A stretch of 64,000 nucleotides of DNA. Source: Candidatus Poribacteria bacterium (GTDB lineage: Bacteria > Poribacteria > WGA-4E > WGA-3G). The notes beneath the pieces were generated by a model that saw only the letters and a list, made by a program, of their open reading frames with translations, made no database searches and was not told where the DNA came from. Positions 29,383 through 39,000 of this stretch are shown piece by piece. Every line of letters begins with the position of its first letter. Position 1 is the stretch's first letter. Position numbers and translations under genes: made by a program. The DNA is taken from positions 696,396-760,395 of the forward strand of contig CAXXUA010000013.1 in assembly GCA_963663765.2 (NCBI GenBank). The letters are read 5' to 3'.

Positions 29383-32373
29383 TTACTTATCATACCAACT
29401 CGGAATAGCAATCCCCTTTCGCTTAAGCCCCGCCAACTCCGCATCAAGATCACATGTAGACTGCTTCCCACCGTGGATACTCGGTTCAGCGCAGAGCATC
29501 TCACGCAGAGTCTGCATTGACTCAAGCACGTTATCACTTGTGATGCCCAACACCTCAGTCAGCAGACAACAATCTAATTCCTCGCGCACAGGGTCATGCG
29601 CGCACTCGTTGACAGGCAGCATCCGTTTGGACTTCAAACGTTCAAAAATTGACTCTGCGTTTGCTAAAGCCGCATCGGTGAGTTCGCGAACATCCAACGT
29701 GGGCAAATTTCTCAATGTTGTAAGCCTTATTTTACCACGTCCAGAAACCTGTTTCCCACTATGCAACCAATGACAAAACAGTCCCAATGTTGAGTTACAC
29801 CAGAGTGTCCACGGAATCTCATATCTCGGATTTGCAAAAGCTACATTCGTTATCAAGGCTGGACCGATAGCAGGTTTTTCAGTGAAAAGGACTACCACTG
29901 AATTAGAAGTAAATCTTAGCATCATGTTGTAATGCGTCCTGCTGTTTCGATTTACTCGATTTTGCACTTTAGTTTCTGCATTCGGAACGGGAATTGCGTG
30001 TGAATCCGGGAGTACAAGCATTGATCTTTGAACTTCGCTCTTTGCATTCCACAAGCAAGCGTACCCATATTCGTTGGGTTGAAATCCTTCAACTTTACGA
30101 AACACACCTCTAACCTCAGCCAATCCCAAAGTCGCAATATCTCCAACTTGGCAAATTGGAATCTCAATAGCCTTTTCTTGTAGTTCCTGTAGCGGTAGTT
30201 CTAATTTGCCTTCTTTTAGTCGTCTTGCAGATTGAAGTAATGCCATTGATTTCACACGCACAGCAACCCACCCTTCACCACGAGGTAGTGGACAATCAAG
30301 CATATATCCGAGAGTTTCCTCTCCGACCTTTATTGCATCGCCGCCACTTGGTGTATCTTCTAATCGGTACATTCCGTTAATTCGGATGATTCTGTTTGTA
30401 ATCTCAAACGCCTCAAGTAAACTTTTTGGACGTTGATTTAGACAGACAAACTTTCCACGTCCCGTATTATCACCTTTTCCTTTTGTTGCTACGATGATGC
30501 ACTCTGCCATATCCGTATCAGCAGAGAAAGCACAGTCAAACCCTTTAGCCTCAGCAATAGTTATCACAACCACATCATGATATGCAGTTGACCACATATC
30601 ACGTAGTTTCTGAGTAGTTGGTGAAGCAAGCACTGTTGCTGGAAGGATAAACCCCATTGTACCTTTGGACTTAAGCATTCTATGTGCCAATTCTATAAAG
30701 TAGGCACTTAGGCCCGCTTGTCCATCTGCGACAAGTGTGTCCTTTTTCTTGAGAACAGTTTGCATTATTTTTGTATATTCTTGAGGTCGGTCACTGCCTT
30801 GGAACGGGGATTTAGCACCATCTATGCCTGCGGGGTCTGCCCCCGGTTTCGTAAAAGGTGGATTCTGAATAACGACATCAAACTTTTTGTAAGGAAATTC
30901 CTTTTGAAGATCAACAACCCTATTTTCTTCACCACCAACTTGTTCACTTTCCGTTTCAAATAGCTTCATATCATCAAGCAATTCAAGTGAACCTACTGCG
31001 TAATCACCATTGTCTAATTTACCGTAAGGAGCAGTAAGGATACGCGTACCACCAAGTTTCATATCAGCATATCTACTTGCAAGTGCAGCAGCAGTAAGGT
31101 GTGTAGCATTCGGCATAATATCTACACCGCCAATGTTTTCCTCTAACATTTTCTGATGGATATCCCTACCATTTCTACCCGCTTGTTCATACAGAGACAA
31201 AACGCGTTGATAGACACCGTTAAGCAGCGCACCTGTGCCGCAAGCGAAATCTGCAACTTTCGGAAGTTTCCCTTTCGGCAGTTCGGGCATCACAAGCGTA
31301 GACAGCAGCACCGCACTTTCCGGGAGCGTATAGTTCGCCTTTACGTATTTCCTATCGGTAATTAACTTTTGAAACACGATACCCGCGAGTTCATGAATCT
31401 GCGCGATACCGGTATCAACAAGGTCTTTGGCAGCCTCACACAGAAGCCTTAAGGTATGTTTGACAAGTCTGTCATCGGTAGCGAGTGCCTCAACGAGATT
31501 CCGAGCATCTTCAAAAATGGGACGGTAGTTAACCTTGAGGATTGTGTTCCAGTCATCAATAACATCGGCATAATCAATTGTCGGTAGGAGTTGGCGGAGT
31601 GAGCGGACAGATTCCATCTCTGCTTTACCAGCAAGGGAACTTTGGAAGACAAAAGCATCAGTGATAATTAGTGCTGCCATACGGAGCGTTTGGATGTTCG
31701 GTTTTTCTTCCGAGTTATCTTCCTCTTTAGAGAAAACCTCTTGGTGCAGAATTGTCTCAACCTTCTTGGCAATAACAGGATGGTCTACGATAGCATCTTC
31801 AAGTAGGTATGCTGCCTTGTTGACGCTTTTCTCCATCTCTTCAGCTGCCGCTTCAAGGTGAGAGTTCGGCATTGCACCGACGCGGAGCGCGTTTGCGATG
31901 TCGCCTACGGTGCCTTTTGCCCATCCGTTTTCTGGAAAATGTCCTACGGTATCACCGACTGTATTGACAAGTTTGTATTGTAGGTCATCTGCAGTGCGTA
32001 GTTGTGGATTGATATCCTTTCCCGGTATCATCTTAAAACGGTCAGGATAAAGGATTGCCATGACGTTGTTGAGCGTTTTTCCAACGACGTGGTATTCTGT
32101 TTCAAGCTCAAGTACAAGTCTCGTTTCCGCTTGTTCTATAAGATTTTTTGCGTTAGTGGTAGTAGCAAACTTTGCTTCAATACCGACAGGTTCTCTACCG
32201 TGTTCAATTACGATTGCATCAAGTTCGTTATTGCCTTTGAGGAAAGCATTGACTTCGGTTTCGAGTTCCCATCCGTGACGCATGTGACGTAAGATATTCA
32301 CTAGTTCATTTGTGATTGTTGTTTCGCGTCTTTTTGGCATAGCGTTTATAATTTCATTTGCGGTTTTTTTCAT
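29383..32373 (-). CDS. Type IIG restriction-modification enzyme (nuclease + N6-adenine MTase + TRD)
   Basis: N-terminal ELDAIV...IEAK PD-(D/E)XK, motif I VADFACGTGALL, motif IV NPPF. Confidence 0.85.
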   Translation of the reverse strand: MKKTANEIINAMPKRRETTITNELVNILRHMRHGWELETEVNAFLKGNNELDAIVIEHGREPVGIEAKFATTTNAKNLIEQAETRLVLELETEYHVVGKTLNNVMAILYPDRFKMIPGKDINPQLRTADDLQYKLVNTVGDTVGHFPENGWAKGTVGDIANALRVGAMPNSHLEAAAEEMEKSVNKAAYLLEDAIVDHPVIAKKVETILHQEVFSKEEDNSEEKPNIQTLRMAALIITDAFVFQSSLAGKAEMESVRSLRQLLPTIDYADVIDDWNTILKVNYRPIFEDARNLVEALATDDRLVKHTLRLLCEAAKDLVDTGIAQIHELAGIVFQKLITDRKYVKANYTLPESAVLLSTLVMPELPKGKLPKVADFACGTGALLNGVYQRVLSLYEQAGRNGRDIHQKMLEENIGGVDIMPNATHLTAAALASRYADMKLGGTRILTAPYGKLDNGDYAVGSLELLDDMKLFETESEQVGGEENRVVDLQKEFPYKKFDVVIQNPPFTKPGADPAGIDGAKSPFQGSDRPQEYTKIMQTVLKKKDTLVADGQAGLSAYFIELAHRMLKSKGTMGFILPATVLASPTTQKLRDMWSTAYHDVVVITIAEAKGFDCAFSADTDMAECIIVATKGKGDNTGRGKFVCLNQRPKSLLEAFEITNRIIRINGMYRLEDTPSGGDAIKVGEETLGYMLDCPLPRGEGWVAVRVKSMALLQSARRLKEGKLELPLQELQEKAIEIPICQVGDIATLGLAEVRGVFRKVEGFQPNEYGYACLWNAKSEVQRSMLVLPDSHAIPVPNAETKVQNRVNRNSRTHYNMMLRFTSNSVVVLFTEKPAIGPALITNVAFANPRYEIPWTLWCNSTLGLFCHWLHSGKQVSGRGKIRLTTLRNLPTLDVRELTDAALANAESIFERLKSKRMLPVNECAHDPVREELDCCLLTEVLGITSDNVLESMQTLREMLCAEPSIHGGKQSTCDLDAELAGLKRKGIAIPSWYDK

Positions 32374-32406
32374 GTGACAGTTCAGAGCAATTATTTTGTA
32401 AATATT

Positions 32407-32435
32407 ATTTTAACATATATAATTTTCTTTGTCAA
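32407..32435 (-). promoter_or_regulatory. sigma70 promoter of the RM gene
   Basis: TTGACA-17 nt-TAAAAT with extended TG. Confidence 0.7.
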
Positions 32436-32527
32436 GAAAAACTATATTTCGTTATATCATTGTATTCTTATTTAAACTTGTCCGCTCTTGAATTCTTGAA
32501 CCGCAGTAAAATTCACTTTTGGTGTTC

Positions 32528-32878
32528 TCAACGACATGTTGTCTGGACTAAGAAATTCAGGTTTTGTCTTTTGTCCTTTATGAGTTGACGTAGTCAAAGA
32601 ACAGCGGGTGACGGATTTTTCGCCTGTTCTTCTCGTGCCTTTCGGCAGTATCCCAAATAATCCTCCAAATATGCACCAACTTTTTCTTTATTTTGCAGAT
32701 AATATAGGATTGTGGCATAAACCTGTTCTAGGGAAACCGTATAGTTGCGATCATCAATCTATTCTGGAGTTTTTCCATTGTAAATATAATCGTTCAGGAC
32801 AGTTTCAATACCTATACGTGTTCCCTTGATACGAATATCGTCTTCTGCTAAAAAGTTGAAGTATACTTCAATTTGCAT
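32528..32878 (-). pseudogene. DUF433 antitoxin pseudogene
   Basis: MQIEVYFNFLAEDDIRIKGTRIGIETVL..TPE* then frameshift to VSLEQVYATILYYLQN, second stop at 32594-32596. Confidence 0.85.
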
Positions 32879-33199
32879 GGGGCAACTCCGTAGTTTTAAT
32901 AAAGTCAATAATATTTGTTATTATAATTATATCTTTAACCCGTTAGAATATCAAAGTATTTATCTCCTCAGGATGTGTAACGTTTCTTGCCAGTGTGTTG
33001 CCTGAATTGCGTGGTATGTCAGAACCACTAAATCAGCGGATTGAATGTCTTATGGCATTTCGCGTAAGACATTTACTGGGTTTTCAACACCGATTATATG
33101 AACATTCCCTCTTAAATCGGGGTTAAAAACCCCTCCCACAAGAGAAACACCAACACTTTTTTCTAAAAATTAACACCTATGGTGTGTTGTGATTCTTGT

Positions 33200-33328
33200 C
33201 CCAACCGTGGAATATTTTAGTTGTTTTTTCGTGTTTTTTTGCATTTTTTTCATAATCGTTATAGATCCTGCCGTGGTATAGATTAATGTCAGTTTTCATT
33301 TTTTGAGAAATATTGAAAAAAACAACTA
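33200..33328 (+). repeat. Dispersed repeat with TTAGTTGTTTTTT / AAAAAAACAACTA inverted ends
   Basis: Homologous to 56519-56680 (same strand) and ~41725-41865 (opposite strand). Confidence 0.7.
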
Positions 33329-33516
33329 TGATGAAATTTGAAAATAAGTTTACATTCTACAATTGACCATATTGGTTGTCATGTAAGAATCGTATTCTTT
33401 TCTTTGGTAGGAGCGACCTCCCGGTCGCGACTGTTTTGATACATGGTCCCTATACGGTCGCGACCAGGAGGTCGCTCCTACCAACGCGAATGTGTAATTA
33501 ATTCCATGATCTACCA
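33329..33516. mobile_element. TA-flanked MITE carrying a GTAGGAGCGACC REP doublet
   Basis: TA at 33327-28 and 33517-18; removal restores AAAAAAACAACTAAAT as in the other copies of the host repeat. Confidence 0.75.
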
Positions 33517-33948
33517 TAAATATATTATTGGTATATATCATAAGTGGTTTTGGATGTGATTTGTAGTTTTTTGGTGATTGTTTAATGGGATCTCCAACAG
33601 ATATCCAATAGGTTTGTGAGAATAGGTTATCGCCTTTTAGCTGTCGTTTATCAATCAGATGACTGATTGCGATAATATCAGAATCGCAGAAGATGCTGAA
33701 GGTGTGTTTGGGTATCTAAATTTCTTTCATAGTTTAAGAATTCTTGCGATGCAATTGAATGTAGTTCATTAAGATGCTCTTCAGCGACTCAGACAAAACA
33801 CAGAAAAGATCTTCCAGACAACACACATCTTCCAGACAACACACCTTAACACCCAAATATTTTCGAAAAATATTATACGTAGAAAACTATTGACAAAATA
33901 TGCAAATTTTGATATGTTGATATAACATTTAATAAAGGAGGAATTACC

Positions 33949-34733
33949 ATGAAAAAGTTAATGTTAGCCTTATTCATCATCTTGATAAGTAGCACTTTTG
34001 CCGCTGCAGACCTATTAGATGGCTTGGTGTTTTCTATGTCATTTGATGAAGGAACTGGTACAGAAGCAATGGATGGGTCTGCAAACGGTTTTACAGGAAC
34101 AGTCAATGGAAATGCGCAGTGGGTTGAAGGCAAATTTGGTATGGCTCTTGAATTCAATGCATCCGCTGATCATGTAGCCATTGCGGACAATGATGCGTTT
34201 CATATAGAAGATGAGATCACGCAAGCTGCGTGGGTCAAACTCAATCGTTTGCCGGGTGCACATGCGGTCATCTTTGGTACGCGCGCAGGTGGTGGTGCAA
34301 GGCACATCGGTTTCGGTTATGGCATGAACCCCCCTCAAATGGCATCAAGGTTTGGACCAACGGTGCTAACGGTGGGTTCAAAGATATCAACGATACTGTT
34401 ACCCAACTTGAAGTCGATAAATGGTACTATGTATCATATACCCACACCACGGAAAACAGCGGCAAAGTGAAAATTTATGTTGATGGTGTAGTGTCATCTG
34501 AACATGATTCCGGCAATCCCGTTGCTCCCGCAGGGGTTACGAGTCAAATTCAGATTGGAACTTGGTCAAGTGAAGCGTTGCCTGGTTTTGTAGATGAGGT
34601 GCGTCTTTGGAATCGTGCTCTTTCTGATGCTGAAATGGCAGAGAGCATGAATGCTGTGGGTGATAATCTCTTAGATGTCAGTCCAAATGACAAACTCGCT
34701 ACATCTTGGGGGTTAATTAAGAAGACACGTTAA
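33949..34733 (+). pseudogene. Secreted LamG/concanavalin A-like protein, frameshifted at a C6 run (34329-34334)
   Basis: Signal peptide, FDEGTG, GKFGMALEF; continues in another frame to VDEVRLWNRAL...KLATSWGLIK; one extra C restores the frame. Confidence 0.85.
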
Positions 34734-34752
34734 TAGTCTATGAAAAATGAAT

Positions 34753-34780
34753 AGGCGGCATTATTGCCGCCTTTTTCTTT
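34753..34780 (+). terminator. Intrinsic terminator
   Basis: AGGCGGCA-TTAT-TGCCGCCT followed by T-run. Confidence 0.85.
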
Positions 34781-34791
34781 GTGATGGTAAA

Positions 34792-35497
34792 ATGGTAAAA
34801 TACGAACTTATACCATTTTCATGTGATAATGTCTCATTAGCAGCGGAAATCTGGTAGGAGCGACCTCACGGTCGCGACCGGGAGGTCGCTCCTACCGAAG
34901 AGAGTAACCCCCTGCCAGTAAACAGTTGAATTCCTTAATGAGACAAGATTTATTTGAATTGGTATTATATTGAAACGTCTTGAAAAAACTGCAAAACAAT
35001 ATACCAATATTGCGCCTGAAAACGGGCAATTTCTATCCATTCTCGTCCGTTCAATTCAAGCACAACATGTTCTTGAAGTCGGCACTAGCAACGGATATTC
35101 TTCGATTTGGATTGCTTCGGCATTGAAACAGACAGGTGGACATCTGATTACATTAGAGTATGATCGTAAACGTGCAGCAGAAGCACAAGCACATCTCAAT
35201 GAAACAAGTTTTTCTGACATTGTAGAGATACGAGTTGGAAATGCAATTGGCGAAATCCCAAAGTGTGAAACTACTTTTGATCTGGTGTTTCTTGATGCAG
35301 AGAAGAGCGAATATTTGCGTGATCTTGAGTTGGTGTTACCGAAGATCCGCTCAGGGGGTTTGGTTGTAGCAGATGACACCGTGACGATGCGTGATGAAAT
35401 GCTGGATTATGTGGACTTTGTTTTCAACACGCCACTGCTAAATTCTGTTGACATTCCGTTGGATGATGGTATAATTCTAAGTTATAAAACTGATTAG
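34792..35497 (+). CDS. O-methyltransferase (class I SAM) interrupted at codon 7 by a MITE; possible restart at TTG 34970
   Basis: VLEVGTSNGYS, FDLVFLDAEK, GGLVVADD; MVKYEL+ILKRLEK is in frame after removing 34811-34967. Confidence 0.8.
34811..34964. mobile_element. 154-bp MITE (TACC-type TIR), TTA TSD
   Basis: TTA|TACCATTTTCA...TGAATTGGTA|TTA; internal REP GTAGGAGCGACC...GGTCGCTCCTAC. Confidence 0.85.
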
Positions 35498-35538
35498 AAA
35501 ATTTGCTAATTTCACATAAATGCAATTAGAGGACATTT

Positions 35539-36735
35539 ATTATTTCACTTCAATCCAAAATCTCAAATAAGTCCACCCGTTTCACCGAATCTGTTATACG
35601 CGGTATGACGCAAATGTGTTTGCGTTACAATGCGATAAACCTGTCACAAGGAACACCAGCATACCAACCCCCAGATGAGGTAAAAGCAGCAGCGATCAAA
35701 GCGATTCAAGAGGGATACAATCAGTATAGCATAACGTGGGGTGCACCCGAGTTTCGTGAAGCAATCGCTGACAAAATGAACACTTTTAACGGAATTTCTA
35801 CTGATGCTGTCAAGAACGTCACGGTGACTTGTGGTTCAACGGAAGGCATGTTATCCGCACTGCTTGCGATAATCAATCCAGGGGACGAGGTTATCATCTT
35901 TGAACCCTTTTATGAAAACTACGGACCGGATACAATTATCTCAGGAGCAAAACCTGTATACGTAGCACTTCAAGAGACACCAACTGATGATGGTAACATG
36001 AGGTTTACTTATGACCGGAATGAGTTAAAGGATGCGTTTTCTTCTAATACGAAAGCGATTATCTTGAACACACCCAATAATCCACTTGGGAAGGTTTTTA
36101 CGCAAGACGAACTTCATGAGATTTCCGAGCTTTGCATTGCGTATGACTGCATCGCTGTTACAGATGAGATATATGAACACATGATTTATGACGGTATACC
36201 GCATATTAGTATTGGGTCTCTGGAGCAAATGCGTGATAGAACAATTACGGTGTCAGGACTGAGCAAGACTTATTCCATGACTGGATGGCGTTTAGGATAT
36301 GTCGTTGCACCAAAGGTTTTGACAGATGCCATCCGCAAAATGCATGATTTCCTAACGGTAGGAGCACCGCATCCGCTGCAACGAGCAGGGGTTGCTGCCC
36401 TCAACCTTCCACAACAATACTATACAGACTTGATTGAAAAATATGACACTAATCGGCAAAAACTTGTCCAGATACTTACAAATGCGGGATTCCGATGCCA
36501 TCCACCTGAAGGTGCATACTATATTATGACCGACATCTCAGATTTCGGGTTTGAAGATGACACTGCATTTGGTCACTGGTTAGTCAAGGAAATTGGTGTC
36601 GGTGGGGTACCCGGGTCCAGTTTCTACAGTCGTTCGGAACTTGGTCGAACTAAGTTCCGTTTTATGTTCAGCATGGCTGATGATGTCTTAGATGAAGCCG
36701 GTGAACGGTTGATGAAAATAAGATCGAAAATATAA
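35539..36735 (+). CDS. Class I/II PLP-dependent aminotransferase (probable ATT start; first ATG 35605)
   Basis: FTESVIRGM, AINLSQG, NTPNNPLG, DEIYE, SKTYSMTGWRLG. Confidence 0.88.
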   Translation: MISLQSKISNKSTRFTESVIRGMTQMCLRYNAINLSQGTPAYQPPDEVKAAAIKAIQEGYNQYSITWGAPEFREAIADKMNTFNGISTDAVKNVTVTCGSTEGMLSALLAIINPGDEVIIFEPFYENYGPDTIISGAKPVYVALQETPTDDGNMRFTYDRNELKDAFSSNTKAIILNTPNNPLGKVFTQDELHEISELCIAYDCIAVTDEIYEHMIYDGIPHISIGSLEQMRDRTITVSGLSKTYSMTGWRLGYVVAPKVLTDAIRKMHDFLTVGAPHPLQRAGVAALNLPQQYYTDLIEKYDTNRQKLVQILTNAGFRCHPPEGAYYIMTDISDFGFEDDTAFGHWLVKEIGVGGVPGSSFYSRSELGRTKFRFMFSMADDVLDEAGERLMKIRSKI

Positions 36736-36778
36736 GCAAAAGTAAAAAAACTTAATCAAAACTATTGATGAGGAATCT

Positions 36779-36985
36779 ATGGACACTATCCTTGAAAATG
36801 AAACCCGTGAAATCTATAAAGCAGAAATCATGACACTAATTCAGCAGGATGAAAAGTATATCACCCTTGGTCCTGAAGAACTTGATGCAATTGTCAACGC
36901 ATTTGATTTTACTTTGGCAAACGGACGCGAGAAGGTAAGAGCGCAAATGCTATACGATCTCATTCAAGAGAAAAGCGATGAATAG
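36779..36985 (+). CDS. Small acidic hypothetical protein
   Basis: GAGG SD, operonic between aminotransferase and Rad50-like gene. Confidence 0.6.
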   Translation: MDTILENETREIYKAEIMTLIQQDEKYITLGPEELDAIVNAFDFTLANGREKVRAQMLYDLIQEKSDE

Positions 36986-36987
36986 TT

Positions 36988-38868
36988 ATGCGATTAGAAC
37001 GGATTCGCCTAAAGACATTCGGTTGTTTCAAACAGCAAGATTTTGAGCTGACTGACGGCATCAATCTCATTTTTGGCCCCAATTTCAGCGGAAAAAGTAC
37101 ACTTGTCAACGCTATTTTTTTCACATTAACAGGAAAACCGATAGTGCCGCGGGTGGATGCTGCATCAATTAAAAGCACAAGGTCAAATAGTGGTACAGCT
37201 GGACTCCAGTTCATCGTAGATGATGAACGATACATGCTGTTTCGTGGGACACGTAAACAGTTCCAACTCCGTCAAGAAAAAGAGGGACAGTGGCACATCG
37301 TTTTTGATGATACCCGTATCACAGTCGTTGAGAAAACTTTGAAAGAACGATTCGGACTATCACATGATCGCTTAGCATTGACAACGTTTCTTCGCGAAGG
37401 AGAGATATTTGAGTTCCTTGCACGTCAACCGGCAACACGTCGCGATATCCTCTATGCACTACTCGGTATTGATAGATTGATTGATGTTAGGGAACGATTC
37501 ATAGATGCGCGCCGACTCGCAAAACGTGAAAGGAATCGGATTCAGTCACATCAAAATAGCCTACGTTTCGGTGCACAGAATACAAACAATACAGATATTG
37601 AAAAAATAGAGGCAAAGATAAAGGAATTAGAGACGATTTATAGTGCTGAAACTGGTGACGCAGAATTGATTTCTGAATGGATGCGAAACTACAAACAAGC
37701 ACAGACACAGTTGGAAACACTTACCAAAGAACAGAAAGAAACGTTGAGCGGATTTAACGACATTACACATCTACGTGAAATGTTCTCTACCATTGAAAAG
37801 GCAGTTCAGGAAGCTACAGGATTGGAAGCAGAACGGGATGAACTTGTCAGTAAAGTTGGAAGTCTCAATACGCAAGTTAGCGCATTAACGAATGTCAGCA
37901 AAGCACTTGAGACGTTAATTGAGAGTGAAGATAGACACTGCCCCACATGTCATCAGGAAGTTGAACGTGAAGTTGTTGAGAAGATCATTGAAGATAAGGA
38001 TGCCGAAAAAGAAGAACTCACAACTGAATTAAAGAACCAGAAAAAAGCACTCAAGGAAATTACCGATAGTCTAAAAAGTAGAAAAGAATTGGAGCAACGA
38101 CTACAGATTTTGCAGTCAAATCTGGCTCGATTTGAACAACTTGATGGAGAAATCAAAAAAACCAACGAAGAGATAATATCACTGACTCAACGCTTAAGTG
38201 AGAAAGGCGTACTGGTTGATCCAGAAACGGCAGACGCTACTTCACAATCTGTGGAATCTGTTACTGCGAATTTGGATAAGAGTCAAGTGAAAGCACAAAT
38301 TGAAAGTGAACGAAAAAAACTTGACAGCCTTAAGCAAAAAGAGGCAGTAAAGTTGGATAGACTCAATCAACTTCAGAAGGTTAATACGGAAGCGGAACAG
38401 GTGGAAAAAACAACACTCTGTTTAGAACTCGCTTGTGCAGGTGTTGAAAAGACTATTGATGCGCTGCAACGACAAATCCTTAAACCCGCAGAAAATGAAC
38501 TCCAACGATGGCTTGAAAAAATGAACCTTTTTGCACATACAAGTATTGATTTACAAAGACAACATCTACTTCCATCCCTTAAGATTGACGGAGAAGATCG
38601 GAGTTTGCTATTGCTTAGTGGTAGCGAAAAAATGTTCCTCTATTTGTGTTTTAAGGTTACACTTGCGAAGTTATTAGGCAACACGGGTTTCTTTGTTTTT
38701 GATGATCCTACACTGCATTTAGATGATGAACGGAAGGCAATAATGGTGGATTTTATTAAGCAGTTGTCAACGGAACATCAGGTTATTGTGACGACTTATG
38801 ATGAGGATGTCCGTGCTGGATTGAAAGGTGCGAACTTGATTGAAATGAAGCGGGATGTGCAGGAATAG
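36988..38868 (+). CDS. SbcC/Rad50-like SMC ATPase
   Basis: GPNFSGKST, coiled coils with central CPTC zinc hook, LSGSEK, FVFDDPT. Confidence 0.85.
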   Translation: MRLERIRLKTFGCFKQQDFELTDGINLIFGPNFSGKSTLVNAIFFTLTGKPIVPRVDAASIKSTRSNSGTAGLQFIVDDERYMLFRGTRKQFQLRQEKEGQWHIVFDDTRITVVEKTLKERFGLSHDRLALTTFLREGEIFEFLARQPATRRDILYALLGIDRLIDVRERFIDARRLAKRERNRIQSHQNSLRFGAQNTNNTDIEKIEAKIKELETIYSAETGDAELISEWMRNYKQAQTQLETLTKEQKETLSGFNDITHLREMFSTIEKAVQEATGLEAERDELVSKVGSLNTQVSALTNVSKALETLIESEDRHCPTCHQEVEREVVEKIIEDKDAEKEELTTELKNQKKALKEITDSLKSRKELEQRLQILQSNLARFEQLDGEIKKTNEEIISLTQRLSEKGVLVDPETADATSQSVESVTANLDKSQVKAQIESERKKLDSLKQKEAVKLDRLNQLQKVNTEAEQVEKTTLCLELACAGVEKTIDALQRQILKPAENELQRWLEKMNLFAHTSIDLQRQHLLPSLKIDGEDRSLLLLSGSEKMFLYLCFKVTLAKLLGNTGFFVFDDPTLHLDDERKAIMVDFIKQLSTEHQVIVTTYDEDVRAGLKGANLIEMKRDVQE

Positions 38869-39000
38869 CACTTTGATGTGCTTGTTACTCTTGTAGTTCT
38901 ATTTTATGTGCGCAATACACTAAACTTACAATACAAAAATCTATTTGTGAACAATATTATAACAGAACAGATGCTACATATCAAATCCTCTTTTCGCAAC

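Noticed and set aside
24170-29499. Shufflon, DGR or classical integron
   Set aside because: Repeats are direct rather than inverted, differences are not adenine-specific, and there is no reverse transcriptase, IntI or attC structure
33809-33844. 18-bp perfect tandem duplication ATCTTCCAGACAACACAC
   Set aside because: Two units only, intergenic, most simply a slippage event
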